64,000 nucleotides of DNA from Gammaproteobacteria bacterium (GCA_029265075.1 JAJUJZ010000002.1:207-64206), one strand, 5' to 3'. Counted from the first letter of the stretch, positions 20,067 to 30,348 are shown. Numbers and translations: made by a program. Notes: a model not told the origin generated them from the sequence alone.

Positions 20067-21314
20067 CTACAGCACCCGGTTGATAGTGAGCTGCAGCGTC
20101 TTTGCCCCTTCCCGGGTCGCAACCGGCTCGCTCTGGCCTTCGAGATCGCCCGGTGATGCCTGCGGCTGGCCAGAGCGGCTCAGCCGGGCTGTAACAATCA
20201 CCTGCTCAGCGCTGCTGAGGCCGGCGCCAGCCATCATGGCACTGTGCTGATCGAGGGTAACAGCTACCGGCCACGCCTCGGGCTGCAGCCGCACGGCAGC
20301 CAGCGGCATAGGCGGCCCGTCGACAGCACGGGCGAACACGAACAGGGTCGCACCGTCAGGCAGCTCCTGTTTCAGCTCGGCGGCAACATCGATAGTGAGC
20401 TCGAGGCGCGGTTCGCTGCCAGCCTCGGTGCCGGGAGTCTCCGGCGCAGTTCCGAGTTCAGCCTGGGCACGCACGATACCCTGCGCGATGATCTGTCGCT
20501 CCGGACTGCCAGCCGGCAGCAGCGTAATCAGCTTCTGCCAGTGCGTCACCGCCTGGCCGTACTGGCCCTGTTCGAAAGCGGCAATCCCCAGCAACCCGAG
20601 AGCAGTGGTCTGGTTGCCGTCCAGGCTGAGCGCCCGTTGCGCCAGACGCTCCACCTCAGGCGTCAGCTGCCGGTTCTCCGCCAGAAACAGCGCCTGTGCG
20701 TATTGGGCCGTCATCACCGCATCATTGGGGAATTGCTCGACCAGCTCGCGGTAATGGTCAGCGGCCTGCCGGAACTGGGCTGTCTCGAGCGACAGCCTCG
20801 CCAGCAGGAAGCGGCGCCGGCCATCGCTGTCGACACCTTCGGCCACCCGCTCTTCCAGCGCTCTGGCCAGCTCTGTGAGGGTCGCGCTGTTATCGACCCC
20901 GTTGCTGCGCTCGCTGAATGCCCGCTCCATCAGCTGCTGCAACCGCAGGTCCGCGGAGCTGCCAAGCTGCTGATAGAGCACGACAGCGACCAGAGGAATG
21001 GCAACCGCAGCCACCAGCAACGCAGTTGCGCCGCGGTGAGAAACGGGTTTCTGCCCGGTTTCCAGTGTTGCCAGCTCACTCAGCAGCTGGCGTTCCTGAG
21101 CCAGCTGCAGCTGTTCGAAGGTCACCTCATCGATGCTGCCCTGATCACGGTCGCGCTGCAGTTCGGCACGGCGAGCGCGTGCCACCTCCAGCATCGCGGC
21201 GCGCCGGTCAACGGCGGTATCGGTCATGACATGACGCCGGCGCAACAGCCAGGGAGCGAGGGCAAATCCGCAGGCAATCAGCGTCAGCACTGCCGCGGCT
21301 ACAACAAAGGTCAT
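20067..21314 (-). CDS. ccmI: Cytochrome c-type biogenesis protein CcmI (CycH), TPR-containing
   Basis: 415 aa with an N-terminal TM, a second TM, and TPR-like repeats (FRQAADHYRELVEQFPNDAVMTAQYAQALF...). It is the last gene of the ccm cluster and overlaps the ccmH stop. Confidence 0.85.
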   Translation of the reverse strand: MTFVVAAAVLTLIACGFALAPWLLRRRHVMTDTAVDRRAAMLEVARARRAELQRDRDQGSIDEVTFEQLQLAQERQLLSELATLETGQKPVSHRGATALLVAAVAIPLVAVVLYQQLGSSADLRLQQLMERAFSERSNGVDNSATLTELARALEERVAEGVDSDGRRRFLLARLSLETAQFRQAADHYRELVEQFPNDAVMTAQYAQALFLAENRQLTPEVERLAQRALSLDGNQTTALGLLGIAAFEQGQYGQAVTHWQKLITLLPAGSPERQIIAQGIVRAQAELGTAPETPGTEAGSEPRLELTIDVAAELKQELPDGATLFVFARAVDGPPMPLAAVRLQPEAWPVAVTLDQHSAMMAGAGLSSAEQVIVTARLSRSGQPQASPGDLEGQSEPVATREGAKTLQLTINRVL

Positions 21315-21823
21315 CGGCTATCTCCGCCGTTTACAGGCTGTCTGGAAGCGGACGACAGCTCATCGCCCCCCTCCAGCAAACGTCGCACGCGCTCCGCCTC
21401 GGCGGCATCGAGGGGCGGCTCGGGGTCCGCTGCTGACCGGCGGCGGCGAATCAGCAGGGTGCCAAGTGCCGCGAAGCCGACCACGCCAAAAGCGACTGGC
21501 GCGGCCCACAGCAGTACGGTATTGCGGTCCAGCGGCGGCCGATAGAGTACGAACTCGCCATAACGCGCCACCATGAAGTCGATGATCTGCTGATCACTGT
21601 ACCCCTCATCGATCAGCCGTCGCAGCTCGCGCCGCAGGTCAGCCGCGATTTCGGCGTCGGATCCGGCCAGATTCTGGTTCTGGCATTTAGGGCAGCGCAG
21701 CTCAGCAGTGAAACGCTGGTACCGCTCCTGCTGCTCGACGGTCTCGAACTGATGCGGATCGATGGCCGCTGTCGCGAGACTGGCAGCCAGCCCCAGCAGC
21801 GCGCTCAGCAGCAGCCGGCTCAT
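21311..21823 (-). CDS. ccmH: Cytochrome c-type biogenesis protein CcmH
   Basis: Signal peptide plus the LRCPKCQNQNLAGS motif, followed by a TM segment. Confidence 0.92.
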   Translation of the reverse strand: MSRLLLSALLGLAASLATAAIDPHQFETVEQQERYQRFTAELRCPKCQNQNLAGSDAEIAADLRRELRRLIDEGYSDQQIIDFMVARYGEFVLYRPPLDRNTVLLWAAPVAFGVVGFAALGTLLIRRRRSAADPEPPLDAAEAERVRRLLEGGDELSSASRQPVNGGDSR

Positions 21824-22389
21824 GCGCCTGCCCCCTGCGCTTCAGCCTGCAGCTGTTCGATAAGAGCAGCAAAGCTTTCCTGCCAGACCCGCTCGTCGAG
21901 CGGACCCTGATAGCGCATCCGTACGGTGCCGCGATGATCGATCACATAGGTCTCCGGCGCGCCGGTGACGCCCAGATCAAGCCCGAGCCGTCCCTGACGG
22001 TCATCCAGCACCAGCGCGTAGGGGTCACCCTTCTCGGCCAGCCACTGCTTCGCCTTCTCGGGCACATCCTTGTAGTTGACCCCGTAAATCACTACGCCCC
22101 GCTCTTCGAGCTGATTGAGGTAGGGATGCTCGTAATAGCAGGAGGGACACCAGGTCGCCCAGACGTTGACCAGCGCCACGCGTCCTTTAAGGTCGTCACT
22201 GGTCACTGGCCGGCCTTCATGCAGATCGGTCAGCTCGAAAGCGGGCAGCGGCTTGTTCAGCAAGGCGGAAGGCAGTGCCTGCGGATCATATTCGCCGCGT
22301 CCCATTTCCCGCTGCATTACGAAGAAGAGCACCACCACGCCGATGAACACCAGCAGTGGCAGAAACAGAATCAAGCGCTGACGGGCCAT
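21820..22389 (-). CDS. ccmG: Thiol:disulfide interchange protein DsbE/CcmG
   Basis: 189 aa with a membrane anchor and the thioredoxin motif WATWCPSC. Confidence 0.93.
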   Translation of the reverse strand: MARQRLILFLPLLVFIGVVVLFFVMQREMGRGEYDPQALPSALLNKPLPAFELTDLHEGRPVTSDDLKGRVALVNVWATWCPSCYYEHPYLNQLEERGVVIYGVNYKDVPEKAKQWLAEKGDPYALVLDDRQGRLGLDLGVTGAPETYVIDHRGTVRMRYQGPLDERVWQESFAALIEQLQAEAQGAGA

Positions 22390-22399
22390 CTTCTTCTCC

Positions 22400-24418
22400 T
22401 CAATGCTGCTCGGCAGGCGTGGACGTTACAACCGGATGGCGCGGACCGGTCTGAGCATCGGCACGGTCGACGGCTTCGCGGCGGGCTGGCCGATAGCGGC
22501 GATCGAGCGCGGCAATCAGTCCGCCAATGGACATCACCAGAGCCCCCAGCCAGATCCAGCGGACGAATGGCTTGTGCTGCAATCGCACTGCCCATGCTTC
22601 GCCCCCCTCCAGCGGCTCCCCGAGTGCAACGAAGATGTCCCGGAACAGGCCGGGATCAATGCCCGCCTCCGTCATCAGCTGGCCAGGACGTGCGTGGTAA
22701 CTGCGCTTTTCCGGATACAGGGTGGCAACCGGCCTGCCGTTGTGCGACACCTCGACCGTGCCGCGCTGAGCGACAAAGTTGGGTCCCTGCCGCACGCTGA
22801 GATCCGTCAGCAGAAACTGGTAGCCGGCCAGCTCGGCATGACTCCCTTCCACCATGCGGACGTCCTGTTCCTCCGAATAGACCGAAGTAAGCCCCACGCC
22901 GACTACGGTAATGGCGAGGCCGATATGAGCGATGACCATGCCGTGATAGGCCGGTGCCAGCCGCCTGAGCCCCTGCCACCACCCTCTGGCGTGCCGCAGC
23001 TTATGACGCAGATCTGCCAGCGTGGCCAGCACGACCCACGCAGCCAGCACCATCGTCACCACGACGCCGATATGGAAGGCGCCGCCATACGCCCATGGGA
23101 AAATAACGCCGATCGCCAGACTGGCGATCGCGGCCGGCAGCACCAGCCGCCGCAGCTCGTTACCGCGGCTCCGCTTCCACTGGGTGTTGATGCCGACACC
23201 GAGGAACGCCAGCAGCACTGCCATCAGCGGAATGAAAACAGCATTGAAGTAAGGCGGGCCCACCGAGTATTTACCCAGCTCAAGCGCATCGGCCAGCAGC
23301 GGGAACAGCGTGCCGGAGAGCACGGTAAGCGTCGCCACCAGCAGCAGCACGTTGTTGACCAGCAACAGCATCTCGCGCGACAGCGCGCTGAAATCACTGC
23401 GCGACGCGACAGCTGGTGCGCGCAACGCGTACAGCGTCAGCGAGCCGCCGACCACGACCCCCAGGAACGCCAGAATGAACAGCCCCCGCGACGGGTCGGC
23501 CGCGAATGAATGCACCGAGGTAAGCACACCGGAGCGGACCAGGAACGCACCCAGCAGCGACAGCGAAAAGGTGAAGATGGCGAGCAGCACCGTCCAGCTC
23601 TTGAACAGGCCACGCTTGTCGGTCACCGCCAGCGAATGCATCAGCGCGGTGCCCGCCAGCCATGGCATGAAGGAGGCGTTTTCGACCGGATCCCAGAACC
23701 ACCAGCCGCCCCAGCCCAGTTCGTAATAGGCCCACCAGCTGCCGAGCGCAATGCCAAGCGTGAGGAAGATCCAGGCTGCGGTCGTCCACGGCCGCGACCA
23801 GCGCGCCCAGGTGGCGTCGAGCCGCCCGCCCCAGAGCGCCGCGATGGCGAACGCGAAGGCGACCGAGAAACCGACATAGCCGAAATAGAGCATCGGTGGG
23901 TGGATCACCATGCCCGGATCCTGCAGCAGCGGGTTGAGATCGGCGCCATCCAGCGGCGGGTTGGGCAACAGCCGCGCAAACGGGTTGGACGTAAAGAGCA
24001 GGAACGCAATGAAGCCGACACCGAGTGCGCCCATGACGGCCAGTACGCGGGCCACCATATCGAGCGGCAGGCGTTTGCTGAATGTCGCCACTGCCAGGGT
24101 CCAGAGTGCCATCACCCAGACCCACAGCAGCATCGAGCCTTCGTGACCGCCCCACACCGCTGTGAACTTGTAGACCGACGGCAGCAGTGTGTTCGACTGC
24201 GCGGCCACAATGGCGACACTGAAGTCATCCGCCAGAAATGCCGCGGTCAGCAATGCCAAAGAGATGGAGACCATGACCAGCTGACCCGCTGCCAGCGGGC
24301 GCGCCGCGCGCATCAGCAGCGCATTGCCGGCAAAGACGCCGGCGGCCGGAATGACCATCAGCGCCAGCGCCAGCAGCAGGGAGAGGATGAGGGCGAAGAA
24401 TCCGAGTTCTGGAATCAT
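22400..24418 (-). CDS. ccmF: Cytochrome c heme lyase subunit CcmF
   Basis: 672 aa polytopic protein with the WWD motif [18 protein letters not shown]. Confidence 0.96.
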   Translation of the reverse strand: MIPELGFFALILSLLLALALMVIPAAGVFAGNALLMRAARPLAAGQLVMVSISLALLTAAFLADDFSVAIVAAQSNTLLPSVYKFTAVWGGHEGSMLLWVWVMALWTLAVATFSKRLPLDMVARVLAVMGALGVGFIAFLLFTSNPFARLLPNPPLDGADLNPLLQDPGMVIHPPMLYFGYVGFSVAFAFAIAALWGGRLDATWARWSRPWTTAAWIFLTLGIALGSWWAYYELGWGGWWFWDPVENASFMPWLAGTALMHSLAVTDKRGLFKSWTVLLAIFTFSLSLLGAFLVRSGVLTSVHSFAADPSRGLFILAFLGVVVGGSLTLYALRAPAVASRSDFSALSREMLLLVNNVLLLVATLTVLSGTLFPLLADALELGKYSVGPPYFNAVFIPLMAVLLAFLGVGINTQWKRSRGNELRRLVLPAAIASLAIGVIFPWAYGGAFHIGVVVTMVLAAWVVLATLADLRHKLRHARGWWQGLRRLAPAYHGMVIAHIGLAITVVGVGLTSVYSEEQDVRMVEGSHAELAGYQFLLTDLSVRQGPNFVAQRGTVEVSHNGRPVATLYPEKRSYHARPGQLMTEAGIDPGLFRDIFVALGEPLEGGEAWAVRLQHKPFVRWIWLGALVMSIGGLIAALDRRYRPARREAVDRADAQTGPRHPVVTSTPAEQH

Positions 24419-24855
24419 GGGCGGGCCTGCTCGGCGGAACGATCCAGTGCGTGCTGCACCTCAGGTGGCATATAGGTTTCGTCGTGTTTGGCAAGCACTT
24501 CGCTGGCCTGGAATACACCGTCCTCGGTGAGCACACCGGTCGCCACCACTCCTTCGCCCTCGGCGAACAGATCCGGCAGGATACCGGTGTATTCCACCGG
24601 CAGCTCCGCCTGATAGTCGGTGACCACGAAGCGCACGGTCAGGCTTTCTGGCTGGCGCTGAACGCTGCCGGCCAGCACCATGCCGCCGGCCCGGATCCGC
24701 TTGCCGACGGGTGCCTTGCCCTCGGCAATCTCCGCCGGCGGATAGAACAGGTTGATGTTCTCGCGCAGTGCATAGCTAGCCAGCCCGACAGCGAGGCCAG
24801 CTCCGGCAATTATCAGCAGCACGATGAACAGACGTTGACGGCGAACCGGATGCAT
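24415..24855 (-). CDS. ccmE: Heme chaperone CcmE
   Basis: The track ORF runs to 24936. The ATG at 24855 ([18 protein letters not shown]) is preceded by GGAGGTG. The heme-binding region is [13 protein letters not shown]. Confidence 0.93.
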   Translation of the reverse strand: MHPVRRQRLFIVLLIIAGAGLAVGLASYALRENINLFYPPAEIAEGKAPVGKRIRAGGMVLAGSVQRQPESLTVRFVVTDYQAELPVEYTGILPDLFAEGEGVVATGVLTEDGVFQASEVLAKHDETYMPPEVQHALDRSAEQARP

Positions 24856-24983
24856 GGCACCTCCGTTACACAGCCCGGCAGCGCGCAGCAGCAGCGCCTC
24901 CCAGGCCGTCAGTAAGGCCCTCTCGGACCCTGGCAATCAAGCAGGCTGGACGCCCCTCCGGACAGAAGGCCGTCCCCTGAACG

Positions 24984-25166
24984 TCACGACGAGCGGGCCG
25001 CGCGGCGGCGCTCGATCTGCGCCTGCTGCGCCAGAAAGCGACGCTGACGGCGCAGCGGCAACCACACCAGCGCGGACAACGTGACGAACCAGATGGTATA
25101 CGCCGCCCAGACATAGGGACCGTGACCGCCCATGGTCCAGACTGCCTGCCAGCTCTCAAAATACAT
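24984..25166 (-). CDS. ccmD: Heme exporter protein CcmD
   Basis: 60 aa with a single TM (GPYVWAAYTIWFVTLSALVWL) and a basic tail. Its position after ccmC fits. Confidence 0.85.
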   Translation of the reverse strand: MYFESWQAVWTMGGHGPYVWAAYTIWFVTLSALVWLPLRRQRRFLAQQAQIERRRAARSS

Positions 25167-25169
25167 CGG

Positions 25170-25910
25170 TTACTTCTCTCCCGTGGCGAGCTCGCGCACC
25201 CATTTGGTGGTGCGCTCGCGCTGCAGGATCTCACTGCGCATATGGATCAGCAGCACCGTCGCAAAGAAGCAGTAGAGCCCGATAATGCTGATCAGCAGCG
25301 GCCGCAGCATGCTGGAATGCATGGTGCTTTCGCTGGTGAACTTGATGGTGGCAGGCTGATGGAGGCTGTACCACCACTCCACCGACCAGTAGATGATCGG
25401 GATATTCACCAGTCCGACCAGGCTGAGCACAGCGCACGCTTTGGCGGCAGCCTGTTTGTTCTCGAATGACTCATACAGCGCGATGACGCCGACATAGAGG
25501 AAGAACAGCACCAGCACCGACGTGATGCGGGCGTCCCATACCCACCAGGCGCCCCAGGTCGGCTTGCCCCACAATGAGCCGGTTACCAGCGCGAGAAACG
25601 TCAGTGCCGCACCGATCGGCGCCGCACAGCGCATCGCCACCTCGGCCAGTTTCATGCGCCAGATAAGAAAGATGGCACCGGCTACCGCCATCGTCACGTA
25701 TCCACCCATCGCAACCATCGAGGTCGGGACGTGGATGTAGACAATCCGGTAGCTGTTGCCCTGACGGAAGTCCGGCGGCGCAAACAGCAGTCCCCAGATC
25801 GCGCCCCAGGCCAGCAGTGCGAGGCTGATCACCATCAGCCATGGCAACCACTGACCACTGATCCGGTAGAACCAGCGCGGCGAGCCGAGCTTGTGAAAAA
25901 AAGACCACAT
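25170..25910 (-). CDS. ccmC: Heme exporter protein CcmC
   Basis: 246 aa with the WWD motif WGAWWVWDARITS. Confidence 0.95.
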   Translation of the reverse strand: MWSFFHKLGSPRWFYRISGQWLPWLMVISLALLAWGAIWGLLFAPPDFRQGNSYRIVYIHVPTSMVAMGGYVTMAVAGAIFLIWRMKLAEVAMRCAAPIGAALTFLALVTGSLWGKPTWGAWWVWDARITSVLVLFFLYVGVIALYESFENKQAAAKACAVLSLVGLVNIPIIYWSVEWWYSLHQPATIKFTSESTMHSSMLRPLLISIIGLYCFFATVLLIHMRSEILQRERTTKWVRELATGEK

Positions 25911-26086
25911 TATCGATGCAAATCCCGGGATACCGCGTTTGCCAGCGCGCGATTATATCTGAAGCGCAACTGCCTCACACATTCGCCGACACTCTCCACA
26001 ATGCTTGCACGTTCGAACGCCATTCCAGCACATGCCGGCGTCGTCGCACATCGGGAAAAATACGGCCTCCGTCACTGGGGCCGGGC

Positions 26087-26791
26087 TTACTGATCGACGC
26101 TGAGGCGCAGCGCGGCGGCTACCGCCAGCGGCGCCAGCGGGACGGCGAGAGCCAGCATGGCCCCCAGCACGGCCAGCTGACCTGAAAACGGCAGTCCTTC
26201 CGCCGCTGCCTTCACAGCGCTGGCGCCAAAAATCAATACTGGCATATAGAGAGGCAGGACGATCAGGGAGAGCAGCAGTCCGCCACGCCGCAACCCCACC
26301 GTGAGCGCGGCACCGATCGCGCCGATCTGACTCAGCACGGCCGTGCCGAGCAGCAGGCTCAGCGCCAGCGCCGGCATCGCGGCAGCGGGCAATTGCAGCA
26401 TCATTGCCAGCAGCGGCGACATCAGCGCCAGCGGCAGGCCGCTGATCAGCCAGTGCGCAAAGGTTTTCGCCAGGGCCAGCAGATAGAGGGAGACGGGGCT
26501 CAGCAGCATCTGTTCCAGGCTGCCGTCATCATAGTCGGTCCGGAAAATGCTCTCGCTGGCCAGCAGGGTCGCAAGCAGCGCCACCACCCACAGTATGCCC
26601 GGCGCCAGCGGCCCCAGCCGCGCCGCCTCGGGACCGATGCCCAGCGGAAACAGCGTGCCAACCATCAGAAAGAAGAGCAGCGGATTGGCCAGCGCCGCTC
26701 GCGAACGGATGGCCACCTGCAGGTCGCGCCGCACCAGGCCAGCCAGCACCCCGCTGAGAGAGAGCTCACGCATTGTCGCTGTACTCCTCAC
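26087..26791 (-). CDS. ccmB: Heme exporter permease CcmB
   Basis: 234 aa, six-TM type, with ALANPLLFFLMVGTLFPLGIGPE resembling the CcmB N-terminus. The start could instead be the internal Met at 26773. Confidence 0.92.
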   Translation of the reverse strand: MRSTATMRELSLSGVLAGLVRRDLQVAIRSRAALANPLLFFLMVGTLFPLGIGPEAARLGPLAPGILWVVALLATLLASESIFRTDYDDGSLEQMLLSPVSLYLLALAKTFAHWLISGLPLALMSPLLAMMLQLPAAAMPALALSLLLGTAVLSQIGAIGAALTVGLRRGGLLLSLIVLPLYMPVLIFGASAVKAAAEGLPFSGQLAVLGAMLALAVPLAPLAVAAALRLSVDQ

Positions 26792-27413
26792 CCTGCGCCG
26801 GACGCAGTCCGACCTGCTGCAGCGGTACGGGCAGCGTCAACGGCTGATGGGTCGTCAGCAGCACTGCTCCGCCCGCTTCGGCATGGGCCAGCAGCCACTC
26901 CTCCAGCTGAGCGACACCTTCGCGGTCGATGGCGGTGAAAGGTTCATCAAGAATCCAGAGTGGCGCCGTCGAGGTAAAGAGCCGCGCCAGCGCCACCCGC
27001 CGCTGCTGTCCCGCAGAAAGCTGGTAACACGGCACATCCTCATAGCCCAGCAGGCCCACCTGCCGCAGCGCTCCGTCGATCTCAGCAGTGCAGTCAAAGC
27101 CACGCAGCACACCCCACCAGCGCAGATTCTCGCGCGGCGACAGCGTCAGCTTCAGACCGGTGGCGTGGCCCAGGAAAATCACCTCGGTCGCGAACGCGGC
27201 ACGATCCAGCGGCTGACCGCGCCATCGCAGCTCCCCCTGGTAGCGACTGGAGAGGCCACAGAGCACGCGCAACAAGGAGGTCTTGCCGACCCCGTTGGGC
27301 CCTTCCAGTTGCATGACCGAGCCGGCAGACAGCGTCAGCGATACCGGCTCGAACAGCGGATAGCCGTCCCGCTCGCAGGTCACGTCGCGCAGTTCGAGCA
27401 GGGGCTGGGACAA
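26766..27413 (-). CDS. ccmA: Heme ABC exporter ATP-binding protein CcmA
   Basis: 215 aa with Walker A GPNGVGKTS, signature LSAGQQRRVALARL and Walker B LWILDEP. Confidence 0.95.
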   Translation of the reverse strand: MSQPLLELRDVTCERDGYPLFEPVSLTLSAGSVMQLEGPNGVGKTSLLRVLCGLSSRYQGELRWRGQPLDRAAFATEVIFLGHATGLKLTLSPRENLRWWGVLRGFDCTAEIDGALRQVGLLGYEDVPCYQLSAGQQRRVALARLFTSTAPLWILDEPFTAIDREGVAQLEEWLLAHAEAGGAVLLTTHQPLTLPVPLQQVGLRPAQGEEYSDNA

Positions 27414-27439
27414 ATCGATGCTTCCCGTTCGTCTGGAAA

Positions 27440-29245
27440 ATGGGTGATGCGCCCGAGCGCGATCAACAATTGGCGAACATGGCCGATAAGCGTCACATGC
27501 ACGCTACCGCCTACCATGCATTGCGTCCGGCTCTTCCGCCGCTGACCGCCTCCGCGCCCGAACCTGCAGCGATGCCGGTCGCCGCACCGCCAGTGCCGGA
27601 TGGAGACGGCGAGCGCCGGACGCCCGCTCCGCTCAGTCGCCTGGCGGCAGAGGCGTTGCGCGAGCTGGCGGCAGAAAACGGCGGCATTATACTCAAGCCT
27701 TCACTGCTACGGAGCCTCGCGGCTGCGCTTATGACCTTGCCCGACGCACTCACCGGCAGACTGCCAGCCTCCGGGAGCCTGCCTGCCAGCGGCTCAGCGG
27801 GCGCCGGCACGCCCGGGTTGTCAGTGGGCACGGGCAGTGCCGGTCCGTCGGTTGTGCTCGCTACCCCGCTTGCCAGTCTGCCCGCCGGGCTGCTGCAAAC
27901 GCCGGTACCACCGGCGGTAGTACTCTCCAGCACGCTGTTGCAGCCGGCGTCAGGCGCAGCCCCGGTGCCTGTCGGCACCGGCCCCGCGCAGCCGGCCACA
28001 GCAACCGCTGGGGCGAAGCCTGCGGCACCAGCGACTGCCGCCACATCACAGTTCCTGATTACCGTCGCTTTGCGCGGCCATTCAGTAACGCTGCGTGCGC
28101 CGCTGCCGCTTTCCGTGGGTCAGCGCGTGCTGCTGGAGCCGGCGGCTGCCGGCAGCGTCCGGCTGGTGCCCGTCAATCATCACACCGGCACACCGCCTCC
28201 GCCTGCAACGGGCGCCGGCACCGCCCAGGCGCTGCAAGCTGCTGTACGTCAGACCCTGCCTCAGCAACAGCCGCTGCACCACATGCTGAACGGGCTGCAG
28301 CGGCTGGTCGAGCGCCAGGCCCCGCCGCTGCCGCCCGCGGCGCTGGCGGCGTTGCAGCGCCTGCTGACCAGCGCACCTCGCGCCGAGTCCCTCATGCAGC
28401 CAGGAGCACTGCGGGATGCCCTGATGCGCAGCGGCAGTTTTACGGAACAACGGCTCATGCAGCTGGCAGCACCGCGTTCGGGCACGGCCGCCGGGTCTCC
28501 TGATGCGCCAAAAGCTGAGGCGCTCATGCGCGGCGCTCAGACACTGCCTGGGCTCTCGCCAGCAGCGTTGGTTGATGCCGTCACTGCCATAGCAGCCGAC
28601 GACCGGCGTGGGCAGCTCGGCATGCTGGCACAGCTGCTACGTCCGCTGCTGCAGCCACGGGCCGGCGCTCACACCGAGCCCCAGCGCCAGGAGCCGGCGC
28701 CGGCTCCCCATCAGCCACCCGCTGCCCGAAGCAGCGACGCCGAAGGTGCCGACGGGGCCAGTCGAGAAGCGCTGCAGCAGCTCAACCGACTGCTGCAAGG
28801 CGCGCTGGCGCGGGTCCAGCTGCATCAGCTTGATAGCGCCGTCACCCGGCAACCGGCCACACCGGAGACGCCGCCGCCCGCGCCGGCATGGATCGCCGAA
28901 CTGCCGATTCAGACTGGTCGCGGTTTCGATCAGTTGCAGCTCCGCATCGAACAGCGCGAACCGCACGGCGAAGCCGCTCGGGACCGGGTCTGGCAGGTGC
29001 AACTCGATTTCGATCTGCACGAGCTGGGCCGCTTCAGCGCAACCCTGCAGCTGCGCGGCAAGCAGGTCGCTGCCACTCTCTGGTCAGAAAAAGCGGAAAC
29101 GCACCGCAAAGTGCGCGCCGCCATCGATGACCTGCGCACAAAGCTGCGCAAAGCAGGCGTGGCGGTGCAGGAGATGCAGTGCCGGCTCGGCCTCCCTGCC
29201 CCGCTGCCGCCTGCTCACCAGCCGCTGGTGGATATACGCACATGA
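27440..29245 (+). CDS. FliK-like (flagellar hook-length control C-terminal domain) Ala/Pro-rich protein
   Basis: 601 aa. About 480 aa are low-complexity A/P/L/G-rich sequence. The C-terminal segment IAELPIQTGRGFDQLQLRIEQRE...VWQVQLDFDLHELGRFSATLQLRGKQVAATLWSEKAETHRKVRAAIDDLRTKLRKAGV fits the Flg_hook/FliK C-terminal pattern. The start codon is uncertain (27440, 27479 or 27497). Confidence 0.6.
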   Translation: MGDAPERDQQLANMADKRHMHATAYHALRPALPPLTASAPEPAAMPVAAPPVPDGDGERRTPAPLSRLAAEALRELAAENGGIILKPSLLRSLAAALMTLPDALTGRLPASGSLPASGSAGAGTPGLSVGTGSAGPSVVLATPLASLPAGLLQTPVPPAVVLSSTLLQPASGAAPVPVGTGPAQPATATAGAKPAAPATAATSQFLITVALRGHSVTLRAPLPLSVGQRVLLEPAAAGSVRLVPVNHHTGTPPPPATGAGTAQALQAAVRQTLPQQQPLHHMLNGLQRLVERQAPPLPPAALAALQRLLTSAPRAESLMQPGALRDALMRSGSFTEQRLMQLAAPRSGTAAGSPDAPKAEALMRGAQTLPGLSPAALVDAVTAIAADDRRGQLGMLAQLLRPLLQPRAGAHTEPQRQEPAPAPHQPPAARSSDAEGADGASREALQQLNRLLQGALARVQLHQLDSAVTRQPATPETPPPAPAWIAELPIQTGRGFDQLQLRIEQREPHGEAARDRVWQVQLDFDLHELGRFSATLQLRGKQVAATLWSEKAETHRKVRAAIDDLRTKLRKAGVAVQEMQCRLGLPAPLPPAHQPLVDIRT

Positions 29246-29538
29246 GTGACGTGCACCTGCTTCCCCGCCAGGCGGTCGCCCTGGTCTACGATGGCGAGCG
29301 CGCGCCTGTCGTTACTGCCGAAGGTCACGGCGAGCTGGCTGAGGAGATCATTCGCATTGCCCGGGAGCATGGTGTCCCCCTGTTCGAAAACCGCCATCTG
29401 CTGACATTGCTCGAACAGGTGGGCCTGGGCGAAGAGATTCCGGAAACACTGTATCTCTGTATTGCGCAGATCATCGCGTTTGCCTATCACATCCAGGGCA
29501 AGACGCCGGCCGGCTGGGATCCCGAAGGCGGCGCCTGA
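29242..29538 (+). CDS. FlhB C-terminal (EscU/YscU/HrcU) domain-only protein
   Basis: The ATG at 29242 overlaps the stop of the upstream gene (ATGA). The 98-aa product, MSDVHLLPRQAVALVYDGERAPVVTAEGHGELAEEIIRIAREHGVPLFENRHLLTLLEQVGLGEEIPETLYLCIAQIIAFAY, matches the post-cleavage FlhB-CC subdomain. There is no NPTH site and no TM domain. Confidence 0.75.
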   Translation: MSDVHLLPRQAVALVYDGERAPVVTAEGHGELAEEIIRIAREHGVPLFENRHLLTLLEQVGLGEEIPETLYLCIAQIIAFAYHIQGKTPAGWDPEGGA

Positions 29539-29544
29539 TCCGCA

Positions 29545-30243
29545 TTACCCCTGCTGCAGCGTATCGGGCGAGCCGTCGCTGCGGACATCGCGGTAGTAGG
29601 GGTAGATGATGTTGAACGCCTCTTCGGCGGTATCGACCACCTGCATCAGACTCAGGTCGCTGGCATGGATGCATTCATGAGCGAGCAAGGTCTCTTCAAG
29701 CCAGCCCAGCAGCCCCTGCCAGTAATCGCGCCCGATCAGCACAATCGGAAACGGTCTGACCTTCTCTGTCTGGACCAGCGTCAGTGCTTCGAACAGTTCA
29801 TCCAGCGTGCCGAAGCCGCCCGGCATGATCACGAACCCTGCCGCGTGTTTAACGAACATCAGCTTGCGCACGAAGAAATAGCGGAAGCTGAGACTGACAT
29901 TCTGATAAGGATTATTACCCTGCTCTTCCGGCAAGGTGATGTTGAGTCCGATCGAGCGCCCGCGCTCCGGAAATGCACCGCGATTAGCGGCCTCCATGAT
30001 GCCGGGGCCACCGCCGGTAATCACCGCGAGGCCCGCCCGCGCAAAGCGCTGCCCCAGCTCATACGCGATCTGATAGTAGGGACTGTCCTCACGCAGACGG
30101 GCGCTGCCGTAGATAGAAACGGCGTGGCCGATTTTGATCAGCTTCTCGATACCATCGACCAGTTCCGACTGAATGCGCATGACGCGCCACGCCTCAGCCA
30201 TTTTCCTCTCATCCATCCGCCTCTCCTCGCAGACCGGTCGCAA
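29545..30243 (-). CDS. LOG-family / TIGR00730 Rossmann-fold protein (putative nucleotide phosphoribohydrolase)
   Basis: Motifs [14 protein letters not shown] and [14 protein letters not shown]. The start is uncertain (30243, 30216 or 30201). Confidence 0.88.
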   Translation of the reverse strand: MRPVCEERRMDERKMAEAWRVMRIQSELVDGIEKLIKIGHAVSIYGSARLREDSPYYQIAYELGQRFARAGLAVITGGGPGIMEAANRGAFPERGRSIGLNITLPEEQGNNPYQNVSLSFRYFFVRKLMFVKHAAGFVIMPGGFGTLDELFEALTLVQTEKVRPFPIVLIGRDYWQGLLGWLEETLLAHECIHASDLSLMQVVDTAEEAFNIIYPYYRDVRSDGSPDTLQQG

Positions 30244-30329
30244 TGACTGCCACAGCGGCGATCACATCCACGCCGGCACCACTGGAATTTCGGCAACCGG
30301 CAGGCCAAATGGTTGCGACGCCCCCAATA

Positions 30330-30345
30330 CTGTATATACTGACAG
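30330..30345. promoter_or_regulatory. SOS (LexA) box 1
   Basis: CTGTATATACTGACAG fits CTGT-N8-ACAG exactly, 29 nt upstream of the lexA ATG. Confidence 0.85.
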
Positions 30346-30348
30346 CTA

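Noticed and set aside
27700-28100. Short peptide repeats (LPASGS LPASGS, runs of AAPA/PAAT) in the FliK-like gene that might indicate a tandem DNA repeat.
   Set aside because: The repeats are not exact at the nucleotide level. They look like ordinary low-complexity Ala/Pro-rich coding sequence, not a VNTR or contingency locus.
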